From IMG/VR virus record IMGVR_UViG_3300045015_000053: a stretch of DNA of 64,000 nucleotides; one strand, given 5' to 3'. Source of the stretch: a virus (taxonomy: Duplodnaviria > Caudoviricetes). Both the position numbers and the translations under genes were made by a program. Shown here piece by piece: positions 37,493 to 47,803 of this stretch; position 1 is the first letter of the stretch, and each line of letters opens with the position of its first letter. Under the pieces are notes generated by a model, which saw nothing but the letters and a program-made list of their open reading frames with translations, was not told the origin of the DNA and made no database searches.

Positions 37493-37520
37493 ACCCCCGG
37501 TAACACGGGGGTTTTCTTTT
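37493..37520 (+). terminator. Intrinsic terminator
   Basis: AACCCCCG-GTAACA-CGGGGGTT followed by a T-rich run. Confidence 0.7.
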
Positions 37521-40504
37521 TGGAGGTCGTCAATGAACATCGCCAAAGCAACCAAAGCGTTCGAGATCATTTCCAAGTACGACAAGAAGGGCGAGATCGG
37601 CGTCGGCCACGACGTGCTGTACGCCGGTGGCGGGAAGAAAGCAGAACCAGAGAAGATGGAGAAAGCCGATCTTGAGGCTCTTGAAAAGCTCGGCTGGATG
37701 TGGAGCGAAGAAAGTTATTCTTGGTTTTGTTTTGTGTGAACCACGCTCTACTACGCGCATGGAAAAACAAACATGCAGTTCGCACCCTGCTGCCAAAAAG
37801 TGCAAATCCGCTTCCTCCCCCAACTGGGGCCGTCAGGGGCAGTGGGTGAAGTATGCCGCTCACGAGAAGTGCTGCAACCAGAAGGATGACGGGATGACAC
37901 ACGGGCCGGACGACCACTACGTCCACGGCCGCAGCGAGTACGATCTCCCGCTTACCGGGGGATTGTGTGGCGTCGGGATCGGCGGCAAACGCAAGCTCGC
38001 CAAGTACGCCTCTTCGATGGACAACTGGGCCGAAGCCTATATCGAGTCCGAACTCGCACACGTCGAAGAGTTGCGGAAACTGGGCGAGCGGTTCGTGGCA
38101 CTCGACGGCGCGTACCGGGCCAGACTGAGGAAGACCGAGAACGAGTACGCCGAAGCTCTCGAACAGGGTTTCGAGGAAGCTTACGCGGTCGTCGTAGAAG
38201 TTCAGGCCGAACTGAAGAAGGTCAAGGACGAGCTTGTGCGGTGCTACGAGGTGATGTCGCGGTGTTGCCCCGGCGAACTGCCGAAGCAAGACGCGGGTGT
38301 TGAGAAGGACGAGTGGCCGAGCATCAAGGAAGCCGGTTGTTGCAACCGCAAGCAAGTTCGAGTAGCATGAATAAATAGTGCCGATGGCTTGGCACATGGC
38401 CCGTCCGCTGGTGCGGCGTTGAGGTTTCGACCCTCGACCGAGCAGTCCGATTCTGCTATGGGTCTTTATGGGACTTTTCAAACACAGGGTCTGGGACCGT
38501 TCAAAGCAGACGTACTTCATCTTGCGCCGGGGTACGCCCTGGAAGGTCATGGACATGAAGGGCGAACGCACGGTTGCTGACTACCCGGCGTTCCTTTACA
38601 ATGGTCTGTTGGAAGAACGTGTCTGTTTCGCCGCGAGCGACGAGGCAGTTGTCGAGATCATGAAGAAGCACGCCGAGGGGAAGTTCCCGTGAAAGCGAAC
38701 GAACGCAAGATGCACGTCGAGCTTAACAAGCGATGGCTGTCCGAGGACAACCGCCTGCCCCGGTGGAACCATCTGAGGGACCGCTGTGGGTTGGAGCCGC
38801 TGACGCTCGAACAGGCCGCTGAACTGATGGCGGTCAACAAGCAAGTCGATAAGGACATCAGGGAATACTTGGAGGGTTGATGAAGAAGTACGTTGCCGTT
38901 TTGAAAGAAGGCAGTGACACGTCAAAGTTTCAAGCGGCAGTTGAAGAGATGGGCGGGGTGGTCCGCGATGCGAACGTCAAATACATCTTGGTCGAACTCC
39001 CCGGCGCGGCCGGCGACTTGAAGAAGCTCCGAGCGATTCCCGAAGTGAGAATCGCCGATACCGTCAAATACGCCAAACCAGCGGGGAGTTGAAGCATGTG
39101 GGCTTACAAAGCGGATACGACCGTCTACGTTGAGGAAAGCTGGTACGACATCCTGTTTCAAGGGTTCATCGCTTTCTGGTTCGCTTTTTGGATCTTGATC
39201 GTTGCCGTTTTGTTCTCGCCGTTTGGAGCGGCGTGGGCGGCATACCGTCAATACAGGTACTCAAACTGCCCGCTGCCCGAAACCGAAGTTCGCGAGCGAG
39301 CGCATTTGGGGTAACGCGAGGGCTGTGACGTGAACGAAGATTTCGATTCTTTCGTGGTCTACTACGTCGCTTGGCACGAAGGCGAGTTCAACCTCCAGAC
39401 CATGAAGAAGATGGTGCTGGATGACATCGGCCAAGAGGGTCTGACGAACGCTCTGATCGTTTTCAGAGCCAAGCGTTTGGAGCGTGAGTCGAGGGGCGAC
39501 TACCGCACATTGTTCCAAGCAATGCAGGCGTCACCATGAAGCCCGGCAAGTACATCTGGAAGGCCAAGCACCACGCGGTCATTCACAACGGCAACGAGTA
39601 CAAATTGTTCTCGCCCGCGCCACGCATCTTCTCTTCGAGCGTATACGACATCAACTCCTACTCGGACTTTGAGTACGGGATCAACTCGCGGTTGGTCCTG
39701 AGAATGAACAGATTCTTTGTCACGGTTGACGACCGCCATCTTCAAAAATGGGTGTGCGGCGGCTCGGTCGCTTATCCGACAGGATGGAACGGTGACGCGA
39801 ACGGGGTGTATTTCGGCGGAAGGGTGAACTGATGAAGTGGGAAGTTTCAATTCCGCCGCCGTCCGCAGCGAGGATGGCGGGAACCGGGAAGCTGTTTGTC
39901 CAGGTGTCTGACGGGTGGTGTGCGCACCGACCCGAACAACTCTTCTTCGCCCCCGAACACACGACCGTCCAGTTCGACGTGGGCGACGATTACGAGTGGA
40001 TCGGTGCGAGGACGACGATGGACGGGCCGAACTTCACGGTTTGGATCGAATACAATAACTCAACTGGCAGTCGCCAAGAGAAGATCAGGCTCGTGCCTGG
40101 GAAGGTGGAATAATGGGTCAAAAGCAACTGACACGCGAACAGATCATCAACAGGATCATCGGTTTCGATTTCTTGGAGTGGTACGAGCGGCTTCTCGACA
40201 TCAAGGCCGTAATTGATCTTCCAAAACCAAAGAACGGCGTGTATCATCAAGGTCCAGTGACAAAGCCCAAACCGGCTTCGATCTTTGAAACGGGAACTGT
40301 CGGATTCGCTCCGACCGATGAACCACGTCGAAAGTACCGGCACAGGTTCGATTCCGTGTCAACGGAAAGCGAATTCGGGGACACGAATGAGTGGAACAAG
40401 CGGTCGAAAGCGAAAAAACTTGGAAAAGGCTGAACCTTTGGCGTACTAGATACGTCAAAGTTGTGGTCACACCTGCGGGCAGGTTTTGTCCCTCCCGCAT
40501 CGAA

Positions 40505-40573
40505 GCCCCTGCCAGCGGTCTGGCTCTATCCCTCCGAAGGATGGTTGCGAAAGTCCGACTCTTTCCAGGGGTA
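40505..40573 (+). tRNA. tRNA-Arg(CCG), short D arm
   Basis: Acceptor GCCCCTG/CAGGGGT, arm TATCC-CTCCGAA-GGATG, T arm GAAAG-TCCGACT-CTTTC. Confidence 0.75.
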
Positions 40574-40577
40574 TTTT

Positions 40578-40610
40578 GTACCTCCGAAGCAATTTTTGCT
40601 TCGGAGGTAC
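40578..40610. repeat. Perfect 15-bp inverted repeat copying the Arg anticodon loop, upstream of HNH
   Basis: GTACCTCCGAAGCAA-TTT-TTGCTTCGGAGGTAC; CCTCCGAAG is shared with the tRNA. Confidence 0.85.
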
Positions 40611-40622
40611 TCGTTTACAGGT

Positions 40623-41099
40623 ATGAAAACATGCCACAAATGTTGCAAGTGCAAAGAACTTGAACAGTTCCCGATCAACCGTAGTCGCAAAGATGGTCGT
40701 AGTGAAACTTGTTTACTCTGTAAACGAGAGTACAATCGTATCCACTACAAAAACAATCGCTCTTATTACATGGACAAGGCTCAAGCGGCAAGAGATCGTT
40801 TGAAGGAGGCTTTTCGTCAATTGAAAAGCGAGATGAAATGCAGTCGTTGTCCAGAGACTCATGTTGCGGCTTTGCAATTCCATCATACCGATCCTTCTAA
40901 GAAGGAATTCTCCATTTCGATGGCGGTACAATCCAATTGGTCAAAAGACAGAATCATGAATGAGATTGCTAAGTGTGAAGTTTTGTGCGCCAATTGCCAC
41001 CTCAAACATCATTGGAGCGAACGGCATGCTTCCGACCTCCCGATGGAAGTTACGGCAAACGCTCATCAAGGTGTACCAGAGCAAGATCGAACACCTTGA
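40623..41099 (+). CDS. HNH endonuclease with N-terminal Zn finger
   Basis: CxxC...CLLC, LQFHH, KCEVLCANCHLKHH. Confidence 0.85.
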   Translation: MKTCHKCCKCKELEQFPINRSRKDGRSETCLLCKREYNRIHYKNNRSYYMDKAQAARDRLKEAFRQLKSEMKCSRCPETHVAALQFHHTDPSKKEFSISMAVQSNWSKDRIMNEIAKCEVLCANCHLKHHWSERHASDLPMEVTANAHQGVPEQDRTP

Positions 41100-41607
41100 G
41101 GGCGGCATACGTTCGGCTCTGGGGATCGTCGGGGATCTGATCGACGCATCCGACTACGAAGGCGCGGCGAGCATTCAAGTCGTAATCGCCCAAGACGAGC
41201 AAACGCTCGCCGAGTTGAGAGAAAAACTTGAACTCGTCAGTGACGAGGACGAGTTCAACAAAATGGCAGACCACTTTGAGGGTGAAGTGGAAGAGGAACC
41301 GTTCCTCGAATAGAATTGGTCATGAGCAAACGCAAGCGAGCGACGAAGATGATCGGCAAGACGATGCGACTGGGCATCGTCGGCGATTGCCTCATCACTG
41401 GCGTCGAAGAGATCACCTACAGCAAGAAACGCTCTCCGTTCGAGGTTTGGGGCGGTCGGCGTGACGCCAAGACGGAACTCTGTTATACCGTCGAGCCGCT
41501 CGCGGAGATCCAAGATCATTTGAAGAACCCGTTTTACGGCTACCGCGAGAAGACTGGTGACTTCTTGGTCCGAGTTGTGGACCGCATCTACTACGAGGCC
41601 AAAGTCC

Positions 41608-42096
41608 ATGAAGATTATCCACAGTGACCAGTCGATCCCCGACGACCTCGGCCCCTCGATCTTTCTGGCCGGGCCGACGCCGCGCCTCGAAAAGCCTGTT
41701 CCTTCTTGGCGTCCAGACGCACTAAAGGTGCTGCTCGACAAGGGCTTCGACGGCACAGTCTTGATTCCAGAATACAGTGCGTTCTCGCCGCTCAGGGATT
41801 ACGACGCTCAGGTGGAGTGGGAGTGGAAAGGTTTGCACAACGCGAGCGTGATCGCGTTCTGGGTGCCGCGAAACCTCGACACGCTGCCCGGATTCACGAC
41901 GAACTACGAGTTCGGGTTCTACATCAACAAACGGCCGATTGTGTACGGTCGGCCGGAAGGGTCCGCGAAGAACAGGTACGGCGACTGGTTGTACGGAAAG
42001 GTGTTGGGCAAGCAACCGTGCCTGACCCTCGAAGACACCATGCTCGCCGCAATGAAACTCTGCCGGTCAGGTGAGCCGTCCTGTGGGAATGGGTGA
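41608..42096 (+). CDS. Nucleoside 2-deoxyribosyltransferase-like protein
   Basis: IFLAGPTPR, QVEWE, FWVPR, TTNYEFG. Confidence 0.8.
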   Translation: MKIIHSDQSIPDDLGPSIFLAGPTPRLEKPVPSWRPDALKVLLDKGFDGTVLIPEYSAFSPLRDYDAQVEWEWKGLHNASVIAFWVPRNLDTLPGFTTNYEFGFYINKRPIVYGRPEGSAKNRYGDWLYGKVLGKQPCLTLEDTMLAAMKLCRSGEPSCGNG

Positions 42097-43005
42097 CGAT
42101 GTCGGCTATGGCCCCGTGCAAGCCGTTGCGGGTAATACAGTCGTCACCAACCAGTGGAGTTTTTCGTGCTGTCGTACACGCTGCACCGCTCGCAGAGGTT
42201 CGAGATGAAGGTCGTCGGAAAGACAACTCAGGATCTCCGAAAAGCGTATGAGTCGGAGTCCGAAGAGTACAAGGCATTTGCATTCGGTTTCGCCGCAGGC
42301 CAAGCTGAGAAGGTACACCTCGGCGTGTGCAAAGCGGCAATGTTCCGGCCGGGGCCGGAACACATGGAATGGTACTTGCCGCTTGTCGAGAAGGCCGCTA
42401 TTGCTTACGGTTTGCACGTCGTTGTCCTCGACTCCGGGTGCAAAGATACGCCGAAGGAAATTTGGATTTGTGTCGATGCCAAAGACGTAGGCGGTTGGTT
42501 CGAGTTTGATGTCAACTCGGTGCCGTGGCACGCGGCTCGCGCCGCCGCGTGTGGCATCCCGCCACGCAAGTGGGACTTCGAGTATCACCTCCGCAAAGGT
42601 TACGGTGAAAGGTGTGACTGATGAATAGCATCGCCGACAAACTACAAGCTTGAGAAATTCGACAGCATGATCATCAAGCTCTACGACGGCTGCGGTGACC
42701 TTCTTGAGTCTTGGGTGTTGCCCGATGTCAAGTTGTTTTCGATCACCGACGAGGGTGAAGGCTTTGATGCCCCCAACGGCGAACACGTCTACTCTTTTTC
42801 TGTTACTCACGGCGTTCCGAAGTACACCTGCTTCAAGGAACTGGCATGACGATCATTGCTTGGCACTGGATTGACGACCGAACGATGATGGTTCTTGCCG
42901 ACGATCTCCATTGGTATCGACTCGAAAACGTCTACCCGCAGGCCATTCATTTTGACGGATTGGATATGAGCGACAAAGACGATTTGACGTTCACGATGCC
43001 CTCCG

Positions 43006-44187
43006 TCAAGTACCAGCCTTCTTCTTGAAAGCCACGACGACCGCAATGGGTTCGTCCTGCCATCCGGCCGCGTTCAGAAGTTGGCCGTTGATGATCGGCA
43101 TGATGTGGGCTTCGTGTTCGGCTGTTTCCGAGATTGATGCTACGCCGAGTTTGATGTTGGAACCGGCACGCAGTTCTTTGACCGGCCTACCTCTCCAGGT
43201 TCGCGTCGGCGAGGTGTCCCTCTCGAAGCCACGGTCTTCGATCTCGAAGACGGTTTGAGGTAATGTGCGTTCAACGTCGTCGGCCGCTGATTGTGTAACG
43301 GCCTGAATCGCGACCGCGCTGCACTCCCTTCGACGCGGCAACACACTTTCTGTTACGCCCGGTGTTGCATCCGGTTTTTCGCCCGGCACAACAGCCGCGA
43401 GCAGCTTGGCGTTCTTCTTCATGTCTTCGATTACCGACAGGTCTGTGAGCCTGTAGTACGTCATGTTCATTGGCGGTTTTCTTTGGATCGGATACGAGTG
43501 GGCGAGTTCGGTTCCTTTCTTGGTTGTCGCCATGTAGAACTCGCACCGCGTGTAACTGTAACTGGACATGCTCTGCCAACGCTTCACAAGGTCGGGGAGG
43601 TTGGTTTCCAGTGTTTTGGGATTCATCAGGCAGATGCTGTGCGTGCCGTCTTTTCTGTAGTTGATTTGAACGCCGACCGTTTTCAACTTGCTGTCGTCGG
43701 AAAGGCCGAACTTTTCGGATTTATCGGTCAACGGCACCTCGAACCCGACTTTCGCACTCAGTTCTCGCGCCATCCTGATGAACTTTGCCCCGTGGTCTTC
43801 GCTCAAGTTGCCCGTGACGGCGAAATAGACGTGGATCATTTCGTGGACCAGAATTGCGTCCAATCCGGCTTCAGATTTCTTGAACGTGTTACTGATCTGC
43901 ATGCGGAGGGTTCCCTCCTTGATTTTTCCGCCGTGGTACTTGTCCTGCAATTTTCTGCGAACAAGCATCGGGTTCGGCAGGTTGTGCGGGTCCATGATCA
44001 CGGTAAACAATACGACGCCGCCGACGCCTTTGAGTTTGGCGTATTCGATGGGGATCTCAGGCAACTCGCCCCTGAAGAGGAGTTGGTTGTAGTGGGCGTA
44101 TTTCTTTTGGAGGTCGTACTCGGCGAAGTCGATGGCGGTGGCCGGTTTTGCTTCGACGGATTCGAGCCAATTTTTGAAGCTGAACAT
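43006..44187 (-). CDS. SprT-like zinc metalloprotease with CTS-like N-terminus
   Basis: YAHYNQLLFRGELP, LVHEMIH, HGAKF; MFSFKNWLES; TAAATA on the minus strand at 44194-44199. Confidence 0.75.
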   Translation of the reverse strand: MFSFKNWLESVEAKPATAIDFAEYDLQKKYAHYNQLLFRGELPEIPIEYAKLKGVGGVVLFTVIMDPHNLPNPMLVRRKLQDKYHGGKIKEGTLRMQISNTFKKSEAGLDAILVHEMIHVYFAVTGNLSEDHGAKFIRMARELSAKVGFEVPLTDKSEKFGLSDDSKLKTVGVQINYRKDGTHSICLMNPKTLETNLPDLVKRWQSMSSYSYTRCEFYMATTKKGTELAHSYPIQRKPPMNMTYYRLTDLSVIEDMKKNAKLLAAVVPGEKPDATPGVTESVLPRRRECSAVAIQAVTQSAADDVERTLPQTVFEIEDRGFERDTSPTRTWRGRPVKELRAGSNIKLGVASISETAEHEAHIMPIINGQLLNAAGWQDEPIAVVVAFKKKAGT

Positions 44188-44193
44188 TGAGGT

Positions 44194-44232
44194 TATTTAG
44201 CCGTCTGAATTTGGACCTTGAATTGTTAAATA
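44194..44232. promoter_or_regulatory. Divergent pair of TAAATA late-type promoters
   Basis: TATTTA 44194-44199 (minus) and TAAATA 44227-44232 (plus), each 5-6 nt from an ATG. Confidence 0.6.
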
Positions 44233-44237
44233 GCTTC

Positions 44238-45125
44238 ATGGAAGAAGTTGAAATCCGTGGCGAATACTGGGTCCAGAACGGTCAGGTCGATTTCGCGGAC
44301 GGCGACATCGGCGATCAGAACCACGAAGGCATTGCCATTGACCACGTCGTCAGCAAATACGCTGATGAAGTTTCTAGTTTGGCAGACGAGTTGAATCTCG
44401 GTCACGAAGCACTCGATTCAGGCTACAACGGCTATGATTCCGAGGCCGTGTCGAAGCTTTTGTGGCGCGTTTACGAAACCTTGACTGTCGGTCGAGATCC
44501 CGACGACGAAGACGAACAGGGCGAAGAACGCGACCCCATTAGTGACGAAGAAGCCGACAGTTACATCATGAAAGAATTACGGTGTAACGCGGACGCCTAC
44601 CAGATTTTGCTCGGTCGTGGTGACGCAAGGCTTTACGTCATGAAGTACGAGGGGTGGATGGCGATCCGTTCGCACTCAATTGAGGTTTACGGGTATTCAG
44701 ATGCGATGCGTCCGCAAGTGGCGAGTGCCATCCAAGATGTGATTTACGAAGAACATAATTTGACCGACGACGAGTACGACCCAGAGACGGTTGAAATTGA
44801 TCTCCACGATCTCAAAAACAACAAATACTACAGTGTGACTTTGGCAGAGCTTTTGGCCCCACCAGCGATGCCGACGACTCAGACGCGGAACATTGACGAC
44901 GGCAAGAACGCTTACACTGGGAAGTTGAAAGACACCTCCACGGCAAGTTCACGCCCGGATCGCGCCGAGAGTGATCCGCAGTGGAACAAGAACAAGAGCG
45001 TGATGGGCAAATGGAACAGAGCCGTTAAGGACGTGACGGGTCAAGACCTGTGGCGTGGCACGTCGGAATGGCGTGTTACCTTCGGGGAATGGCTTGCGGA
45101 AAAGCATCCAGATCTACTAGAATAA
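44238..45125 (+). CDS. Acidic hypothetical protein
   Basis: Leaderless ATG after TAAATA; ends TFGEWLAEKHPDLLE. Confidence 0.7.
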   Translation: MEEVEIRGEYWVQNGQVDFADGDIGDQNHEGIAIDHVVSKYADEVSSLADELNLGHEALDSGYNGYDSEAVSKLLWRVYETLTVGRDPDDEDEQGEERDPISDEEADSYIMKELRCNADAYQILLGRGDARLYVMKYEGWMAIRSHSIEVYGYSDAMRPQVASAIQDVIYEEHNLTDDEYDPETVEIDLHDLKNNKYYSVTLAELLAPPAMPTTQTRNIDDGKNAYTGKLKDTSTASSRPDRAESDPQWNKNKSVMGKWNRAVKDVTGQDLWRGTSEWRVTFGEWLAEKHPDLLE

Positions 45126-45171
45126 AATTCGACGCGGGATTGGTATATCGGCTGTGCCGAAGATTTCCGAC

Positions 45172-45243
45172 GCGAGCGTAACTCAATGGTAGAGTGCTTG
45201 CCTTCCAAGCAAGCTGTTGTGGGTTCGAGTCCCATCGCTCGCT
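45172..45243 (+). tRNA. tRNA-Gly(TCC)
   Basis: Acceptor GCGAGCG/CGCTCGC, arm CTTGC-CTTCCAA-GCAAG. Confidence 0.9.
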
Positions 45244-45278
45244 CTTGCCTTCCAAATTTGACAAATTTGGAAGGCAAG
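45244..45278. repeat. Perfect 16-bp inverted repeat copying the Gly anticodon arm, upstream of HNH
   Basis: CTTGCCTTCCAAATTT-GAC-AAATTTGGAAGGCAAG; CTTGCCTTCCAA is shared with the tRNA. Confidence 0.9.
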
Positions 45279-45292
45279 TTGCTAAATACGGC

Positions 45293-45691
45293 ATGGTTAA
45301 AAAGTGCTGTATGTGTAAGCTGGATAAACTGCTCGATGCTTTCAAAAGCAATCCGCGACGACATGACGGATTGCAATCTCAATGTGCTGAATGCCACGCC
45401 GAGTATCGTCGTAAACATTACCTCGCTAACCGCGAGAAGTACATCAAGAAAGCAGCAAGCTGGAAGAAGAATTTCCAGGCTTGGTGGAAAGAGTACAAGA
45501 AGCAGTTCAAGTGTTCACGCTGCCCAGAACAACACCCTGCGTGCATCCAATTTCATCATCCCAATGACGACAAAGAGTTAGGTGTGTCGCAATGGGTTGG
45601 CAGAGGTGATAAAGAACGGGTTTTGGAAGAGATTGCCAAGTGCATCCCTCTTTGTGGCAACTGTCACGCTAAAGAGCATTGGAAAGACTAA
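45293..45691 (+). CDS. HNH endonuclease with N-terminal Zn finger
   Basis: CCMC...CAEC, IQFHH, KCIPLCGNCHAKEH; TAAATA 45283-45288. Confidence 0.85.
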   Translation: MVKKCCMCKLDKLLDAFKSNPRRHDGLQSQCAECHAEYRRKHYLANREKYIKKAASWKKNFQAWWKEYKKQFKCSRCPEQHPACIQFHHPNDDKELGVSQWVGRGDKERVLEEIAKCIPLCGNCHAKEHWKD

Positions 45692-45718
45692 CTCCCGTAT
45701 CCCGCTCTGGAGAATCAC

Positions 45719-46099
45719 ATGAGAGCATTCATCGCCGCCCTGTTGCTTTCCACCAGTCTTCAAGCGGCTCCCGTTCCGCCCGGTCCTCGGCCGGACCCTC
45801 TCGCCACCCCTCTGCTCGGCGTTCGCGAATCACAAGTCCTCTCGCCTAGTGGCGTAGTCATCGGGACGGTCATCAGGAACTCGGCGGCTGAGAAGGCGGG
45901 GATCAAGGAAGGTGACATTCTGGTAAAGTTCGGTCTAAATTCCATCGACAGCTTCCAAAAGCTCCGAGAGACTGTTATCCTTTACCGGCCGGGTGCCGTT
46001 ATCGAGGTCGAAATCGAGCGGGACCGCAAGAAACTGATCCTGAAAGTCTGCCTGACAGAAATGTTGCCAGACGAGCCGGTGATTATCCTCGAACCCTGA
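45719..46099 (+). CDS. Secreted PDZ-domain protein
   Basis: Signal peptide; LLGV...V..NSAAEKAGIKEGDILV. Confidence 0.8.
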   Translation: MRAFIAALLLSTSLQAAPVPPGPRPDPLATPLLGVRESQVLSPSGVVIGTVIRNSAAEKAGIKEGDILVKFGLNSIDSFQKLRETVILYRPGAVIEVEIERDRKKLILKVCLTEMLPDEPVIILEP

Positions 46100-46107
46100 G
46101 AACCCGC

Positions 46108-46659
46108 ATGAGCAAGCTCATCGACTTCCTGCGTGGCGAAGGAACAGCAGAAGGCAGGACGGTCGATGAGATCGTGGGGATGTCCGATGCGGCGTTAGAA
46201 GTCGCGCATAACTGGGTTCAGTGGGCCTTCCCCCTCCAAGTCGCCAGCAATTTCAACCCAGAAGCTCCACTTCTGACGGACGATGAAATCAAGATCGTCC
46301 GTAACGATCCTGTGATTCAAGAGAACTTCGACCGGCTGTGCGCCCGGTTTTTGGAGTTCTTGGGCCTGACTGAAGACGACTGTGGTGTGTTGGAGGGTCC
46401 GCGTTTTTGGGATCGACACCCGTTCGTTTGGAAGTCTTTCAACCATAACTACCTTCGCGTGACGCGGTTCCTTGAGAGCATGCGGCTGTTCGGTCGGGAC
46501 TATCTGAGCGCCTCTGTGTTCGAGTGTCTGAGGCGACTTTCGGGTGGCGGCGACATCGCGAGCAGTGAAAACGCGATGAAGTATTGGGCCAAGACTCAGG
46601 AGAAGAATGATCAAGGACGTTACACTGGAAGCACAACAGCAACTCCAACTACTGGCTGA
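46108..46659 (+). CDS. OGFr-N-like domain protein
   Basis: LE..HNWVQWAFPL...NP.APLLT, NHNYLRVTRFL.S. Confidence 0.75.
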   Translation: MSKLIDFLRGEGTAEGRTVDEIVGMSDAALEVAHNWVQWAFPLQVASNFNPEAPLLTDDEIKIVRNDPVIQENFDRLCARFLEFLGLTEDDCGVLEGPRFWDRHPFVWKSFNHNYLRVTRFLESMRLFGRDYLSASVFECLRRLSGGGDIASSENAMKYWAKTQEKNDQGRYTGSTTATPTTG

Positions 46660-47017
46660 GACGTTCGGACTCGACCCGGCGACCGCTTACTTCAAGGTCG
46701 AAGCCAGAATGCGGTTCCCGCCGCAATTCGTCTGGTTCATTTCCGTGGCCGATTTTTATGACCCGAAGGAATTCGAGCTACGCGAGCTTTATGGGCTTCA
46801 TTTTGCAGTCCAGAAGGGCGGCGCGATCTTTCTGACTGAAGCCACTCTCGATTACGACACCAAGCTTTTGAAGGACAACCGCCTGTTCGCCCCGACCAAC
46901 ACCCAACTCGACAAACCCGTTTGGCCGCGTGGGTTCGCTCTGCTCGATCAGAAGACCGAGTATTTTTCAACTTGACATGGAGGCCGTTCGTGCCGATTTT
47001 TCACTCTGGAGGTGAAC

Positions 47018-47533
47018 ATGGCAAAAATGGCGATCCCGTCAATTGGCAGTGTCATTGTGTTGACGGAAGAGTGGGATTTCGATCTCTACTTCGACTACAA
47101 GAACTACCCGCTCATCCAGGCTCTGTACGCCGGGCCTGAGTACGTCGCGCCGCCCATCCCGAAGGACCAAGCTGCTTACTACAAGAACAACACGAAGTGG
47201 TGGGACCAGTACAACAGAAAGCAGCACGGCACCAAGCCCGAAGAATGGCACGGCGACGAGCGATACCGCGTCATGAAGGCAGAACACCCGAATGCGGTTG
47301 GCGTCACTTCTCGTGAAAAGCATTGGATCAAAGAGGATCGACCCTATCTTGCCATCCGTTTACCGGCGGGAACGCCGTTGAGGGTTGACCGGGTGCAGAT
47401 CAAGAGGGGGTTGGATGTTTTTTCCAACTTGTACATGGGCATCACTAAAGAGTGCCTCAACAAGAAGTTACGCGGGAAACGCTTCTGGGCGACTTTGAAG
47501 GATGTCAACCGAATGATTTGCGAGGTAATCTGA
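47018..47533 (+). CDS. Hypothetical protein
   Basis: SD GGAGGT. Confidence 0.65.
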   Translation: MAKMAIPSIGSVIVLTEEWDFDLYFDYKNYPLIQALYAGPEYVAPPIPKDQAAYYKNNTKWWDQYNRKQHGTKPEEWHGDERYRVMKAEHPNAVGVTSREKHWIKEDRPYLAIRLPAGTPLRVDRVQIKRGLDVFSNLYMGITKECLNKKLRGKRFWATLKDVNRMICEVI

Positions 47534-47589
47534 GCCGGGTATACTTACATAGGTAGGCGGGACGTGTGGACGCACGGCCCCGCTAACTT

Positions 47590-47728
47590 CCGGGCTTCCA
47601 CACCGCCTTGAGCCGCAAGGCTCACACTTGGCGAGGCGACATCAAAACGCCTAATAGCCCACCAAAGCGTATCATTTCGTCGTTTAGCCGGTCCATGTCT
47701 CCGAAGGCGGTGTGGAACTCGGTTTTTT
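47590..47728 (+). ncRNA. Long-stem-closed 3' RNA element A with U-tract
   Basis: CCGGG-CTTCCACACCGCCTTGAG pairs with CTCCGAAGGCGGTGTGGAACTCGG, then T6. Confidence 0.55.
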
Positions 47729-47803
47729 CTTTTTGGACTTGACGCGGGGCTTTCCCGGCTCCAGAATGAGTGACACAACGAAACACGCGAAGGGGACACG
47801 ATC

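Larger units (their letters stand above)
45134..45706 (+). mobile_element. HNH cassette with a replacement tRNA-Gly inserted into an older tRNA gene
   Basis: Old 5' fragment GCGGGATTGGTATATCGGCTGTGCC (45134-45158) and old 3' fragment ACTCCCGTATCCCGCT (45691-45706) have complementary acceptor strands. Confidence 0.7.

Noticed and set aside
40338-40362. GGCACAGGTTCGATTCCGTGTC, T-arm-like
   Set aside because: Isolated within an ORF, with no acceptor, D or anticodon arm.
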